Below, one piece after another: positions 1 to 11,780 of a stretch of 64,000 nucleotides of DNA (positions are counted from its first letter, which is position 1; every line of letters starts with the position of its first letter). Source of the stretch: Spongospora subterranea f. sp. subterranea (Eukaryota); assembly GCA_049724395.1 (NCBI GenBank), contig JAUGWO010000155.1, forward strand, positions 62,001 to 126,000. The letters run 5' to 3'. Below the pieces are notes generated by a model. The model made no database searches. It was not told where the DNA came from and saw nothing but the letters and a program-made list of their open reading frames with translations. A program made the position numbers and the translations under genes.

Positions 1-68
1 GCCCCACAGTCGACAAGTCCGACTACGCGATACACATCCGTACAGTAGCTGTCGATAGTCGCTCCATC

Positions 69-95
69 TTAGGGTTTAGGGTTGGTAAAGGGTTT
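69..95 (+). repeat. Short interstitial telomere-like repeat (TTAGGG TTTAGGG plus a degenerate unit)
   Basis: ttagggtttagggttggtaaagggttt read directly; only two clean units. Confidence 0.3.
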
Positions 96-1073
96 CAGAG
101 TCTGCTAGAGTATGAGAACAAGAGCGTTCAGATCGACTGTTGTTGATTACATCCCAGACAATATTGTTTTTTGATATGTTTTTATGCTCTCCTTTATGGT
201 GTTTCGATATTGATAATTCCAGGATTGAACTCTCACCAACATCGCAGACCGATGCACCTTACGCGCACTTGCTCATCAAATCCATGTTTGACTGATAAAA
301 CTGTTGCCAGCAATTGCCTTGCTGAGGAATTGTGGTGCAGAATTCGCCATCAAGGTGTGGACAAGAGGATGTAGCAACAATATGCCTCGTACCGTTCTTC
401 AGGAAAGAGGATTTCCCTGATCATAAGGAAGCCGATCATTCAGTTCGCTGCCAGTACGCGCACAGACAAAAACACAAAACAGGATTCGATACTGTGCAAG
501 AGTCGCGGGCGCTTCCCGGGTTATTATCGACGTACATCCGGTATTCGTTATCCAGAACCTTTTGTTTCCGTCAATTATATTTCAGCGTCAACCATATTCT
601 ACGATCTGGTTTCAGGTTCTATCTTCCTATATACCAACATTTTTTCAACAATTCTGTTCCCATCTGTTCAAAATGGCAAACCTAAAATGGGCGCCAGTAG
701 CAAATCATTCTTTCGGTAGCAAATCAGTCTTTGAAACAAAACTGCCGTCTTTCCCTTGGCAGTGGGTTGGACTTCATGTTAACGTCAGAGTGATCAGCAG
801 CTTCTTTATTATAAATACAAATGCGTTTTGCCCAGATGGGCAACGATCGCAGAAAGACACAATAGATGACGAATTGTAATTGATTGTCGGGATAGAATTC
901 TGGTGCCGTCAACGTGGAAAGTTAGCGATACACTGCAGTTACAATGACTGGTTTTGCCGGCCGTCGGCCGATCCGCCGAAGTCCGTCCACTCACGAAACA
1001 GGCAGCATTGCAACTTTCTTGTCCAACGAAGCAGCCGATTTCACCGTCCCAGCAACTGCTGATCGTTTAGCTG

Positions 1074-1518
1074 ATGATCCTCAAAGTCGAGTTTTGCACA
1101 GGATGCGGATATGCTCACAGGTCTCAGTTGTGAACCTTACCAAAGTTTGTTGTCGCTGATCACCTTGTTGTCGGTCAAGGTTTGCTGAGCTCGCTTCAAC
1201 CATTGTCGAACGACACCCGGAAATCGAAATCATTGCGAACCACATACCTCCCCGAATGAGTTAGAGAGTCAAGAATCACTCGTATAACGTATCTGACGGA
1301 TTTCAATAGAGTCGTTTGAAATCATCTGCGATGATGTTCTCATATATTCTAAGCTAGAGTCTGGGCAATTCCCGACAATAGAAGACGTGGAAATGGGAAT
1401 GTCCAGATTGCAATCAGCTTATGAACTTCGCAAGTGGAGGCAACTAGCAATTGCAGCTCTATCTGCAGTCGTAATATGCTCTGCTGTTGTACTTTTTCGT
1501 CGCCCACTACGATCATGA
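1074..1518 (+). CDS. Rdx family (SelW/SelT-like) thioredoxin-fold protein, CxxC form, with C-terminal hydrophobic anchor; 3 exons (1074-1120, 1180-1259, 1310-1518)
   Basis: Not in the ORF track. GT-AG splicing gives MILKVEFCTGCGYAHRFAELASTIVERHPEIEIIANHIPPRMKSFEIICDDVLIYSKLESGQFPTIEDVEM...LAIAALSAVVICSAVVLFRRPLRS*, matching Rdx motifs (CxxC/U-GY; FEI...LIYSK...G.FP). Confidence 0.8.
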
Positions 1519-1688
1519 GTAAAAACTTTTTTTATTTATTCAATAAAAGAGGTTTAATCAATTAGAATCATGAGCGGTATCCCGGGAAGATGTTGTTAGT
1601 CTCAGTTGTGAAGCCGCCACGATTTATGTTTTAGTTGTAATGATGTTCAAAAGAATTTCACCTCGGACAAACGGGTCAGGTTCCTCGA

Positions 1689-2847
1689 TCAAAGTCTGCT
1701 CTTGGTCGGCTGACATGCTAGGACAGGTTCAATGAATAACTTTCGATGTTGTTTCGAACAATCTAAATACCTGGTACAAAGGCCGCCTACCTGGTTCACC
1801 AATAAACTTAAATCGGTGTCGACCAATGAATGGCGAGCATGTTCCACCACAACGCGAAGATGTTTGGCATATTCATGGCAATCATTTGCCATTTGACGAG
1901 CCACATTAACGATGCTTTTTTTCATTTCTATCACGGCTTCAGAATTCTGTTGCGCAATTTCTGTCAGCTGAATTTGTAAAAGAGATTAGCCATCCATTCT
2001 ACATTCACAACGCTTTCTTGTCGAGGCTCAATATTAACAGTCAGCATTGATTTATCAGCCAGAGACTTTGCTGATATAGGTCGTAATGACTCGATGAAGA
2101 TTCCACGATCAACGCTCATGTCCACAATTTTGCAAAGCGTTCCGACCTGCAGAAAATTAGACCTCAGGTTTAAACTTATTCATTACGCTTTCTACTTGAT
2201 ATATGTCATTGATGTGCGGAATATCTACAAATTGTGATGCGATCATATCACGATCGATAGAATGAGGCATCGGAATGGCCGGTATCCGGCACTTTATACC
2301 GTTGACCATGGCGTACCTGATTCTGCGCTCTCCCAGAACACCAGGAGGAGGGCGAACGAGAAACGCTCCGATCATAGAGTGATTCTGAAGATGCATATCC
2401 GTTGCGATTTTGTTATACAAGGATTCTGCAATGTATATGATCAGGCGATTACGGATAGCAGAAACCGTTATGGTGAAGAGCAGTCTGACCATGGATTTTC
2501 AGTTGAACAGTGAGCCCTGGGAGAAGCGGTCTATGCGCTAAAGGTAGGGCAACGACATGGGATGGTGTCGGACTCGAATTAACCTGGCCAATGGCAGATG
2601 AGAAGACTGTGGGCATCCTTGAAACCACTTACCTCAGTCGTCATTGAGCGTCTCATACAGGAGCGGCGTAATATGGGAGTTGCTCTTAATTGCGACCGCG
2701 GCATTCGGCGAGGAAGCACGTGAATAGTAGGAGCCGCTACGTCCGGTTTAAAACCAATTCGTTGAATTATATATGATAACAAACCGGGTCGGAAAGGCGG
2801 CGTTCGCAAGAACGTCTTACGGACAGTACCCGAAATTGGCGACATGT
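1689..2847 (-). CDS. Hypothetical multi-exon protein
   Basis: Successive minus-strand ORFs (2579-2902, 2157-2492, 1689-1934) with a strong GAG|GTAAGT donor near 2632; no recognisable domain. Confidence 0.4.
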
Positions 2848-3134
2848 TCATGCGAATGACCATTTGATGATCTGGTGATGACGATAACAGGTGTTTGAAC
2901 AATACGAAAATGAGTCACAGACCAGGACTGGAAGGAGCGAGACTGTAGTGACTGACCACTCTAGAACATCGACACGATACACATGACATTGGGCAGTCAA
3001 ATGACGAACTGACGGATCACGTGGGAAACGGAAACAGGACGACTTGCTCAAGCGAGGGGTCGTTAGACAGGGGCAACATTAGACAGTCAAGTCATGAACG
3101 GCGCCGTAACGCAACAGGAACTCAGTGACATTGA

Positions 3135-3299
3135 CACTTCTGCATCGCCAGACATTGCTTGGCACTTCTGCCTCGCCAGACATTGCTTGGCACTTCTGCA
3201 TCGCCAGACATTGCTTGGCATTTTTGCATCGCCAGACATTGCTTGGCACTTCTGCATCGCCAGACATTGCTTGGCACTTCTGCATCGCCAGACATTGCT
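3135..3299. repeat. 28-bp minisatellite, ~6 copies (CACTTCTGCATCGCCAGACATTGCTTGG)
   Basis: Units start at 3135, 3163, 3191, 3219, 3247 and 3275; near-identical, with variants in copies 2 and 4. Confidence 0.95.
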
Positions 3300-3587
3300 G
3301 TTCGAAAATCCAACCTGCAATGGCTGCCAATGTCCCCTTAGATAGTACAGCATAAATGCGAGCGCTATCGATTGAAATTAGGATCGTAGGCAAAACACTG
3401 AATTCTAAAGACGTTTTGTGCTCCAGATGAATCAAATATATGTAAATTCATATTTGAAAGGTGGGATGAATCGATCCAGACGACTTCACATGAGAGGCAA
3501 AAATATCCGGTTCTTATCTGAGTTGATTGAGGCAAAACTGGATTCGCATTGTGATAAAATGATATAAATGGATATTGGATTTAATAG

Positions 3588-5155
3588 CTATAGCTTGCTA
3601 GAGGGAGGTCGAAGTAATGGCAAAAGCGCTAATAGCGACGGGATTGGATAGCGTCGACAAACGGCGACCAATATTGCAAAATAGACAAACGTTGGAACAG
3701 GAACAGGCAAATATCGCATTCCCTCGTCAACCTGCTTCAACGCCAATCGTAAACGCGCTCGAAACATCTCTGGAACCAGATGAATCAATGTAGCGCGTAT
3801 CAACGTGGCCGACGAGCTCCATATTGCAACATCGTCATCAATATCTTGCTCTTCATCTTCAGCTGGTTCTGTTTCCGCCCATGACGGCAATTCTACCTGA
3901 AGCGCTCCTTTGAACACGGAAAGGAAAACGAATGACAAAATGAAGCATGTCAAACAAAACATGAGGTTTCAACTAACACTCAGGTGCAAAGCATGGAAAA
4001 CAAAACGGATTTGAATCCCTAGATATATGTGCAAAAACGTTCTGCCCAGTAAAATAACTGGAAGTTAATCGAGCCTCATTTAGTCTCCAAAGCGTTAAAT
4101 GAGCCAAACCCAAACCCGAAACAAATGTACAAAGCCGTGACGTCAGGAACCAGCGAATACCTTTGACAGCAAATCAGGTTTGCGCTGATGAATCCTGATG
4201 AAATCCTGAATGGACGCAGAACCGAACCTGTTTTGATCGGCAGACAATTTGAACAAGGATTGAAATTCCTGGTTGGTTCGACCCAAAGCATCCATCAGTG
4301 CCTGACTGCAGATCAGCGCCCTGACAGGTGATTCTTCCCGCGATATTCCTGGCAGACGGAGGCCGAAATGTCGCTGTAACGTTAACCTACGCCAGGGAAG
4401 CGTTGGGGACAAGCAAGATGACTGACAAAACAGCAAGGAATATACCTGGCAATTAGGTCGAAGACCTGGATAAGATTATAGTCTTGCCCGACCATGAGTT
4501 CTAGTTGAGCGACAAATGCTGCTCGCTCTTCATCGGATAAATTGGGACGTAGGACCTACATAGAATGCGTCAACGTATAGCACAACGACTGCAGAAAACG
4601 GTCTGAAATCGATAAAAGATCACTGTGTCGCGCACACACACAGTCGACTAAGTAGAAACGGGCCAAATAACAACAACATTTTGGGATTGGGAGGCAATAG
4701 TCGAGTCGGATATGCGATCAAACACTGTTTTGAGTGACCACAGAAAGTTGAGTGTGTGTAGCTTAGGACCAAGCGTGACCATACCAGAGGAGTTCTAGAG
4801 CGGGTTAGCAATCGGACGCTGGGCAGTAATCGAGCTTTATTTGGGCCAATATGGAGCGCCATTTTATTACTAACTACGGCCGCCTAAAATTTTCATTTTA
4901 AAAACACTTCGTTGAGAGCAGCGAATGCCGCAAACTTACGATGTGGTCGTATTGATGTTGTGTTAAAGTACGGGCGAATCGATAAAATGCTCCTGGAGTT
5001 GACACTAGAATTAGATCGCCCGGGCGAATTCGTTCTAGACACGGTTCGGCAGCCAGCTCCTCCGCGTTCAGAACATCACGGTCAAGGGATAGGCTGGCTG
5101 GCGACACAACACGCACCACAGCCTGGGTTAAATCATGTAGATCGACGTTGGGCAT
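3588..5155 (-). CDS. Permuted papain-like (NlpC/P60, YiiX/YebB-like) amidase with C-terminal hydrophobic segment and PTS1 (-SKL); multi-exon
   Basis: IRPGDLILV...YDHI (His) precedes LICSQ (Cys) and SASIQDF; intron 3898-4160 joins LLSK|VELPSW in phase; protein ends PPSSKL*. Confidence 0.7.
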
Positions 5156-5815
5156 AGGACCGCTTCTAAATCCCAGGACGGGTTGGCACAATTACCGGTA
5201 TTTAAGTGGAAAAGCGGCACCAGGCCGCCAAGAGTGCAGTGTTTCTGCGTGTAGTGTCTGTAGGCTTTGGCGCCATGAAGCTGGCCCCATGAAACTGGGG
5301 ATGCTCGAGCATATGGAAAACGCCAATTTAGAAAAACTAAAATTACGACCAAGTAGTATGCGGTTTCATTTTGCAAGCTGTCCACCAGTTATCTGTCAAA
5401 TAGCCATGACAAGGACTCTGGTGGCAAAATCCTGACGAGGGGCGAAGGCAGGGCGACGAAAGCGTTGACATGGTCACCCCGCTTGAACTTGAATGTCGGT
5501 GAATGGCACCGAGTTGCGTATAACAACTTTGCCCCAACTATCCAGGAAAAAACTTGTTCGCTTATCACTACCACACCGGATGAAGCTCCTGTAATCCAGG
5601 CTCACCGGAAGCTGCATCGTACATTGGCGACAAAGTCCACGGATTCCACGTATCATACGAATTTTGTGTGGGATTGATGATGAATCGCGAGAAGAATTTC
5701 GAGGGTGTTTTCTGTGTTTACAATTCTCTTCTTAATTTTGATACGCCACGATTGGAAAAATAATAAACTTAATTGTGTATTACGAAATATTTTGTGAAAA
5801 TATCTTGTTTGCTCT

Positions 5816-6135
5816 TTAGAGCGCAAGAATGATGACGGTCAGAGAACAGACGGGAGATGCAGATTTGGGATGTAATTATAGAGATAGAAAGAAAAACATC
5901 GAGATTGCTTACAAGGACCTGATGGGGAATCGGAGATGGGCACATGTTCGCTGTTATCCATTAGAAAAGAGTTAATATTCAACATCACCAGGTCGTTGTA
6001 AACAATTTCGATGTCCTCTATTACATATTCTTCTTCCATCACTGTAAATACATCCTGAATCTGCATCTCCGTCTGTTCTCTGACCGTCATCATTTCAATG
6101 AATTTCTGCATTTTTTGTACATTCTTGCGCTCTAA
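5816..6135. repeat. Inverted repeat (arms ~5816-5925 and ~5985-6135)
   Basis: atgatgacggtcagagaacagacgggagatgcagatt (5829-5865) is nearly the reverse complement of 6058-6093; outer ttagagcgcaagaatg / cattcttgcgctctaa also pair. Confidence 0.9.
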
Positions 6136-6235
6136 CCACGCCCCGCACTACAACTGGAATCGCATTCTCAATGATCTTGTTATGCTTATAAAATTGATAC
6201 GACTTCGCCACATCATCTTGTCCTTTGATGACTGC

Positions 6236-6600
6236 TGGTACTATACGAGGTTTCATCAAAGGTGAATTGATCAGAGTCTGTCGAACTATCTGCCGAACTA
6301 ATACCTCCTGGAAGATCGGCGTAACGCATGCTTACTCTTATTCCAACGTTTGAAAGACAAAGGATTTTCCTTTCGATACTTAGCTAACATCTTCTCCGTT
6401 ATCATATTAACCGACGCGACCCCATTGCTAGACCGATCAAACCTCCCGTTTATTATTCCTTTCTTCCCTTCAGAATTACAGCAGGATCTGCAAGAGTTGG
6501 TAAAGCTACTGGATCGCCACCCATGGACGCAGAAAGCTTAACTACAAATCCTACTGGTCTATAAAAAGAACTCGAACGTGCTAGCACTAAGCAGTTCATC
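6236..6600 (+). mobile_element. Penelope-like element RT C-terminal fragment (degraded)
   Basis: TIRGFIKGELIRVCRT...FQRLKDKGF...PFIIPF...LVYKKNSNV resembles the PLE RT C-terminal region; frameshifted. Confidence 0.65.
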
Positions 6601-6654
6601 GAATATCTCGACAGAACAAGCCCTGGTAATTCGAAACAACGCATGAAGCAACTT

Positions 6655-6990
6655 CGCAATTAGGAATAATAAACGGGGGTAATCGTTTGATCGGTCTACT
6701 CGTCGGTTAATATTAATAATGGAGAAGATGTTAGCTAGGCATCGATAGAAAAATCCTCTGTCTTTCAACCTTTGAAATTAAAGTAACCATGCAGTACCTC
6801 GGTCTTTTGTAGAGGTATTAGTTCGACGAACTAGGTTGGGTGCGAAGAGTGTGGAGGAAGATACTGAAATGTGCTTATTGATTTGGCGTAAGATTTAAAC
6901 GAAATGACTCCTTCGTAGGATTTCAGGATTGTCAGGTCCAGGAAATCGACTTGTTCAGTTGAAAAGTTCCAGGTGAGATCTGTTTTGAAT
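6655..6990 (-). mobile_element. Second Penelope-like RT fragment, inverted relative to the first
   Basis: WNFSTEQVDFLDLTILKSYEGVISFKSYAKSISTFQYLPPHSSHP matches the PLE motif FLDL...Y.K.....YL...S.HP; 6661-6827 is a diverged reverse complement of 6291-6460. Confidence 0.75.
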
Positions 6991-7603
6991 TGCTGAGATA
7001 CATTTCTACGGGTCTCTCCAGTCCTAGCATTCCAATTTTTTTCCTGAGCTGCAAGACCAGCATCTATTGTCAATACACTCATCTTCGAACATTCCTCATA
7101 TAAAATAGGATTGCATTGCTTTAGATCAGCTTTTTGATCAGACAGCGGTTCCAGATGACACGATAAAAAACGATCGTCGGAGTCCGAGCCCCAATGTACT
7201 TGGGAAAACAATCTTTCATATTCGGGGAATTCCGGTGATAGGCCAATTCGCTATGATCCTGACCACGTATCATTTTGACCTCACCGAGATATTCACTTCG
7301 ACTTGATCTGATTCTTAATTTCAACGAAGAGGGTTTTCGAGACCCAGAACCGATGTTTGGCAGTCAACGAGATGCCCTCGACGATGACTGGCTCCAAGTC
7401 TGATAACGTGACCGCCCAGTGTAACGACAGTAACGACCGACGACAATTTGGTCGGTCACAGACTTGGTATCGTGAATCCCTGCATGAGTTGACGGGCGCG
7501 GACTCCGTTCTGCTGGCGCATTCCCTAAGAACCGTCTCGCGCCTGCAATTCCCGTGATAGCCAAAGCGATTCGCATTTCGCCACGAAAGCTTGGCGCTAT
7601 TGA

Positions 7604-8492
7604 TTGAGGCAACGTTTATTGATGCAGTTCGCCCGGCCACCAATGGTGAACCATGAACCTGTCGCTTCACAATCGATGGCGGCACCGTTGGCTGAAGTGA
7701 CCATCGCCTCGGAGGGTGAAGCCCCGCTACCGTCGAAACCGTGCCTACGTGCCGTGGAGAGCCTCCTAGCGAACACGAACGGCGATTATTTTTCGCGCCC
7801 CGTTGACTGGAATGAGATGCAGATCCCAGAGTACCCAAAAATCGTGAAATCCCCAATGGACTTAGGGACTATCAAGTCCCGATTGGATTCGGCGTGGTAT
7901 TCCAGTTTCGCTGCGTTCGCAGCTGACGTGCAATTGGTCTGGGACAATGCCAAACTGTTTAACGAGCCTGGCTCGGAAGTTCATGAAGCGGCCATCCAGA
8001 TGGAGGATATCTGGAGCAGGAAAAAAATGCACCTCAAGAAGATGGCCACGAAGATGGGAAAGGAAACCCCAATCTCAATACCGTTAGCTAAAGCCATATC
8101 TGTACAACCGAAACGGTCTACCCCTTCCAGGAACCCGGCTCGTGACGTAACAAGTATCAAGAAGCAGAGAATAGAACCTTATCCGGTCTGTCAAAACCAA
8201 ACCGATTTCAAACGGAAAACCCAAAGAAGAGGACGGCGATAGGATTGAGGCCGCCATAGCCTCGAGAAAATTGGTAATTGAAGAACTCCGATCGCTAAGC
8301 GCGGCAGCATCGTCAAATCCAGCCACCAAAGACGCCGCCGCTATCAGGGCCCGAGAACTGGATATAGAGGAACTCAGAATCAGGTGTAGAGAGGCCGAGA
8401 CCACAGCCAGGGCTGAGCTTGCGAAAAAAATGCTCGACCAAGGATTAAACATACACGAAATTACGGAAGCGATGGATCATATATTTTCATAA
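7604..8492 (+). CDS. Bromodomain protein; probably spliced (candidate intron 8102-8174) onto the 8175-8492 frame
   Basis: FSRPVD....IPEYPKIVKSPMDLGTIKSRL...Y.....FAADVQLVWDNAKLFN is a canonical bromodomain with the conserved Asn; start and splice sites uncertain. Confidence 0.8.
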
Positions 8493-8571
8493 TATAACGA
8501 AATTATTGTAATTGTAAATCAGGGAAGTTGTTAAATCGATTGTCAAACCCAAATATTATTATATATTATGT

Positions 8572-11500
8572 CTAAGATGGGGGGGCCAACATTTCGGCGA
8601 CCAGCATGGCGTTATTTTCTAGCGCCCGATCTCGTGGTGTTTGGCCTTGATGGTCAGTCACGTGAGGTGTGACCTCATGCTGATGGAGTATGTACTGTAC
8701 CGCCAAAACATGATTGTGTTCAGCAGCGAGATGGAGGGCCGTTGAACCATCCAGTGGTCGAGCAAAGACGGGCGATGCGCCTCCTGCCAGAGCGGACATC
8801 ATTTCGGAGAGATCACCGCGATTACTGGACTCTAATAGCTATTCGTAAAATAAATTGCTACATATGATGTGAGAGAAAACAACTCCTGAAATACCAGTTC
8901 GTTCTGTATCTGTCCGTCTAAGATGATGTACTTTCTTCTGACGTACTTATCCTTAATGAAGGCCTCCTTAACATGACGTGGAGATTTCGGGCATGGCTTG
9001 ACACCTGGATCTATAAGAGCTGCTTCCCATACCGCATTAAATCGAGCGTTTCCGATGGCAAGCAGAAGCTACAATCTGGTTTAATATATGTTGACGCAGG
9101 TTAAAATTGCACAGAACGCTAACCTGGAGCGTATCTACATTAATGTCATCCAATGTTAAAGATCGAACCTTCGACATATGCGAGCCTAGCGATCGATGTA
9201 TCCCGCTACATTCAATGCAGATAATAATGCAATGATTAACTGATGACCATTCTGGCCCTTCAGCGCAACAGTCAGCGCAGATACTGTTGGAAACAAAAAG
9301 TTAACATCGTTTTTGACGATAGAGAAATCTGAACACCTATTGGCTGTCAGCAACAGACTGATCAAATCATCTTTCTTCTCAATCCGTTGGCGTTCTGAAG
9401 AGAACGATAGCTTCCTACGATGTTGTTCAGGCGCTGTTGAAATCAGGTTTAGAGAATCCTATTGTGACATGCCGAAGACATTCGCATACGTTTTGACCGC
9501 GTTGAAAGCATGAATCCAGTGCATGCTAGAATAACCGAAATCCAGGATTGAACGTCAGCGTCGGATTCACCCTAACAGTTTTCTCAGATTGACCATCACT
9601 GCTTTGAACTGTTCTTGAACCTGAAGTGTATACACCCTCCGATTTGGACTTATAATCTCAAAACAATATGGAAGCTGATTGTGATTCGCCTCACTCGGGC
9701 CTGGAAGAAGCCGAACAACGCAGATCAGGATGTTGGTGACGAATTCTGGGATGAGGCCCATGCCAATATCGGCTGACGATTTCGATTTTGGATCAACAGG
9801 ACGATAACTAATGATTATACAATGAAAAACAAGAAATGCACTGTTGGTTGACTTTGGCATCGTACTAATAGAGCTGGCCTTCTTCAAGTACAAACCTGGA
9901 GGTTGTTCAGTTATGATAAATTGTCGGTCAAACAAATAAATTACCAACGACGTTTCCAGTCCTTTTTAATACTGGAGCTGAGTTTCAGGAGATATCCTGC
10001 TTTGGAGATAACGACACGAGACATGTGACGCGATGAATTCAGCGAATCTGAATATGTAGTGTCAGCACAAGGGACCAGTTTAAAACAGTTCTCATACCGG
10101 AGATCATAGATAATGATTGCCTTCTGTTCATCCGCAAGGAAGAAGAAGTCACTGGGCGAGATTCTGGCGATATGCTATGTGACCGCGGCCAATCTGGAAA
10201 ATAACAACTTATGAGATTCGTCAGACAGACGATGGCAGTCATGTACCAGCACTCCCCAAAGATTTCTGCAGCTTCTGCCTGGATATTATTACTTCTTTTT
10301 GCAGCTGATTAAAAAAATCCATTTTTTTCTGGACAATTACCTAGCATGAATTATTAGATCATATTCAGCTTAAAAAATCCAGATGACGAAACCTGAATTT
10401 CCTTGGCAACAGGATTCATTGACAAAGACAGCTCATGGCCGGAATGAAAAAATGCCAGGAACGCATACTGACATGAACAGATTCCTGAGCCAAAACATAT
10501 GGATACATGTCGATCTAGCCTGAACTGAGACGCACCTTCCAGCAATTCCATCTTCCGGATGGAGACTAAACTGTTAAGGTCTGTTACCTGTGTAGGTTAG
10601 CGACAGGAGTTGCAAAGAACATGCGAACTTTACGAACATGATCAAAGGCAGCCATCTGAAACTTTTTCTTCAACGCTTGTAATTTTTCCTGTTCTTGAGT
10701 TTGGATCATTTTGTTCAGGACCTTCCTGACGACCCCTTGGGACGCTGCTGGTGTATGAAGAACTTTCAGCAACATTTGCTCATATTCGTCCCACATTCGA
10801 TGAAGTTGAACACTGGCGGCTTTTACCGGAGCCAAGTGTCTTGTACGGAAATCGGCGATTCGTACAAGAAATGTCTTGTCAATTGAAAACACTAGAATAT
10901 CTTGAAATACTGATAATAATCAAATTGGATAATGCCTCCAAGGAAGAATGGATACGAAGGATACCTTGGACTTCTTTCAAAATTTCGCCTAGTTTGCGGA
11001 AATTCGCGCCTAGCGATAATTTATCATGGTCAGCGCTTTCGATCTCGACATCCCTCCAGTCGGTACATAATTCCATAGCTAGAGCATTGGCCACAATTGC
11101 GTATTGGGAACCGACCTCGCAGAACTGTACTCCTGTAAACAGCGAACATGAGATAGTGCGAAATTGACTAATTTTGAAAGAATATCAAGCGAAAAAATTA
11201 CCTAGCCGCTCAATGTGCTTCAAATGCTTGCCCAAGGCATGAAGTCGACTTTCATGCTCCGCTAAATCCTTCCAGAAAAAAGGGCTAGGCGGCCCATAAC
11301 TGCATTACGATTTCAGAATCTGTTCACTGCCTCAAAAATTGGAATGCAGTTACCTGACGAAAGTTCCTGGCACGTCGGAATACTGCCCCTGGGTAATATC
11401 GGCACCCTCAGCGTTGCGAGCTGCTTCTCTGGATTCGTAGTCGCCCTCGAAATGGTCGGCCCTCGCTAAAGAAAGTTGTGCACGGCCATCAGCTACCTTT

Positions 11501-11780
11501 TTGGTCAGGCTTCGGTTTTGCTCAAGAACTCTGGAAAGATATTGCGTCATGAAAACTGCCCTAAAAGATCCGCTACGAACCTATGTAATTCGTCATCGCG
11601 CTGTTCGATTATTTGATGTTGTTCGAACAACTTTTCACGAGCGTGTTGAATGCAGAGAATGAGCTCATCGCGCGTCATCGAGTTCAGGTCCTGGCTCAGA
11701 TACTGTCTCAGGGAGATGGGCGTGCTATTACCATTAGCGTTGGTGGGAGTCTTCGCCGCCCCGCTCGCCGATGTCGACAT
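8572..11780 (-). CDS. ArfGAP with BAR/coiled-coil, PH and ankyrin repeats (ACAP/centaurin-beta/AGD-like), many exons
   Basis: ArfGAP zinc finger ICADC...[36 protein letters not shown] (~9150-9285); PH motifs [18 protein letters not shown] and [15 protein letters not shown]; ankyrin [10 protein letters not shown]. Confidence 0.9.

Noticed and set aside
1100..1140. Selenocysteine in the Rdx gene
   Set aside because: Both motif codons are TGC; the nearby TGA lies in the intron.
3079..3435. Six overlapping ORFs with repeated peptides; possible CRISPR-like array
   Set aside because: All arise from the stop-free 28-bp minisatellite; there are no unique spacers.
5600..7100. Hammerhead ribozyme associated with the Penelope fragments
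   Set aside because: No convincing CUGANGA/GAAA core with flanking stems seen by eye.
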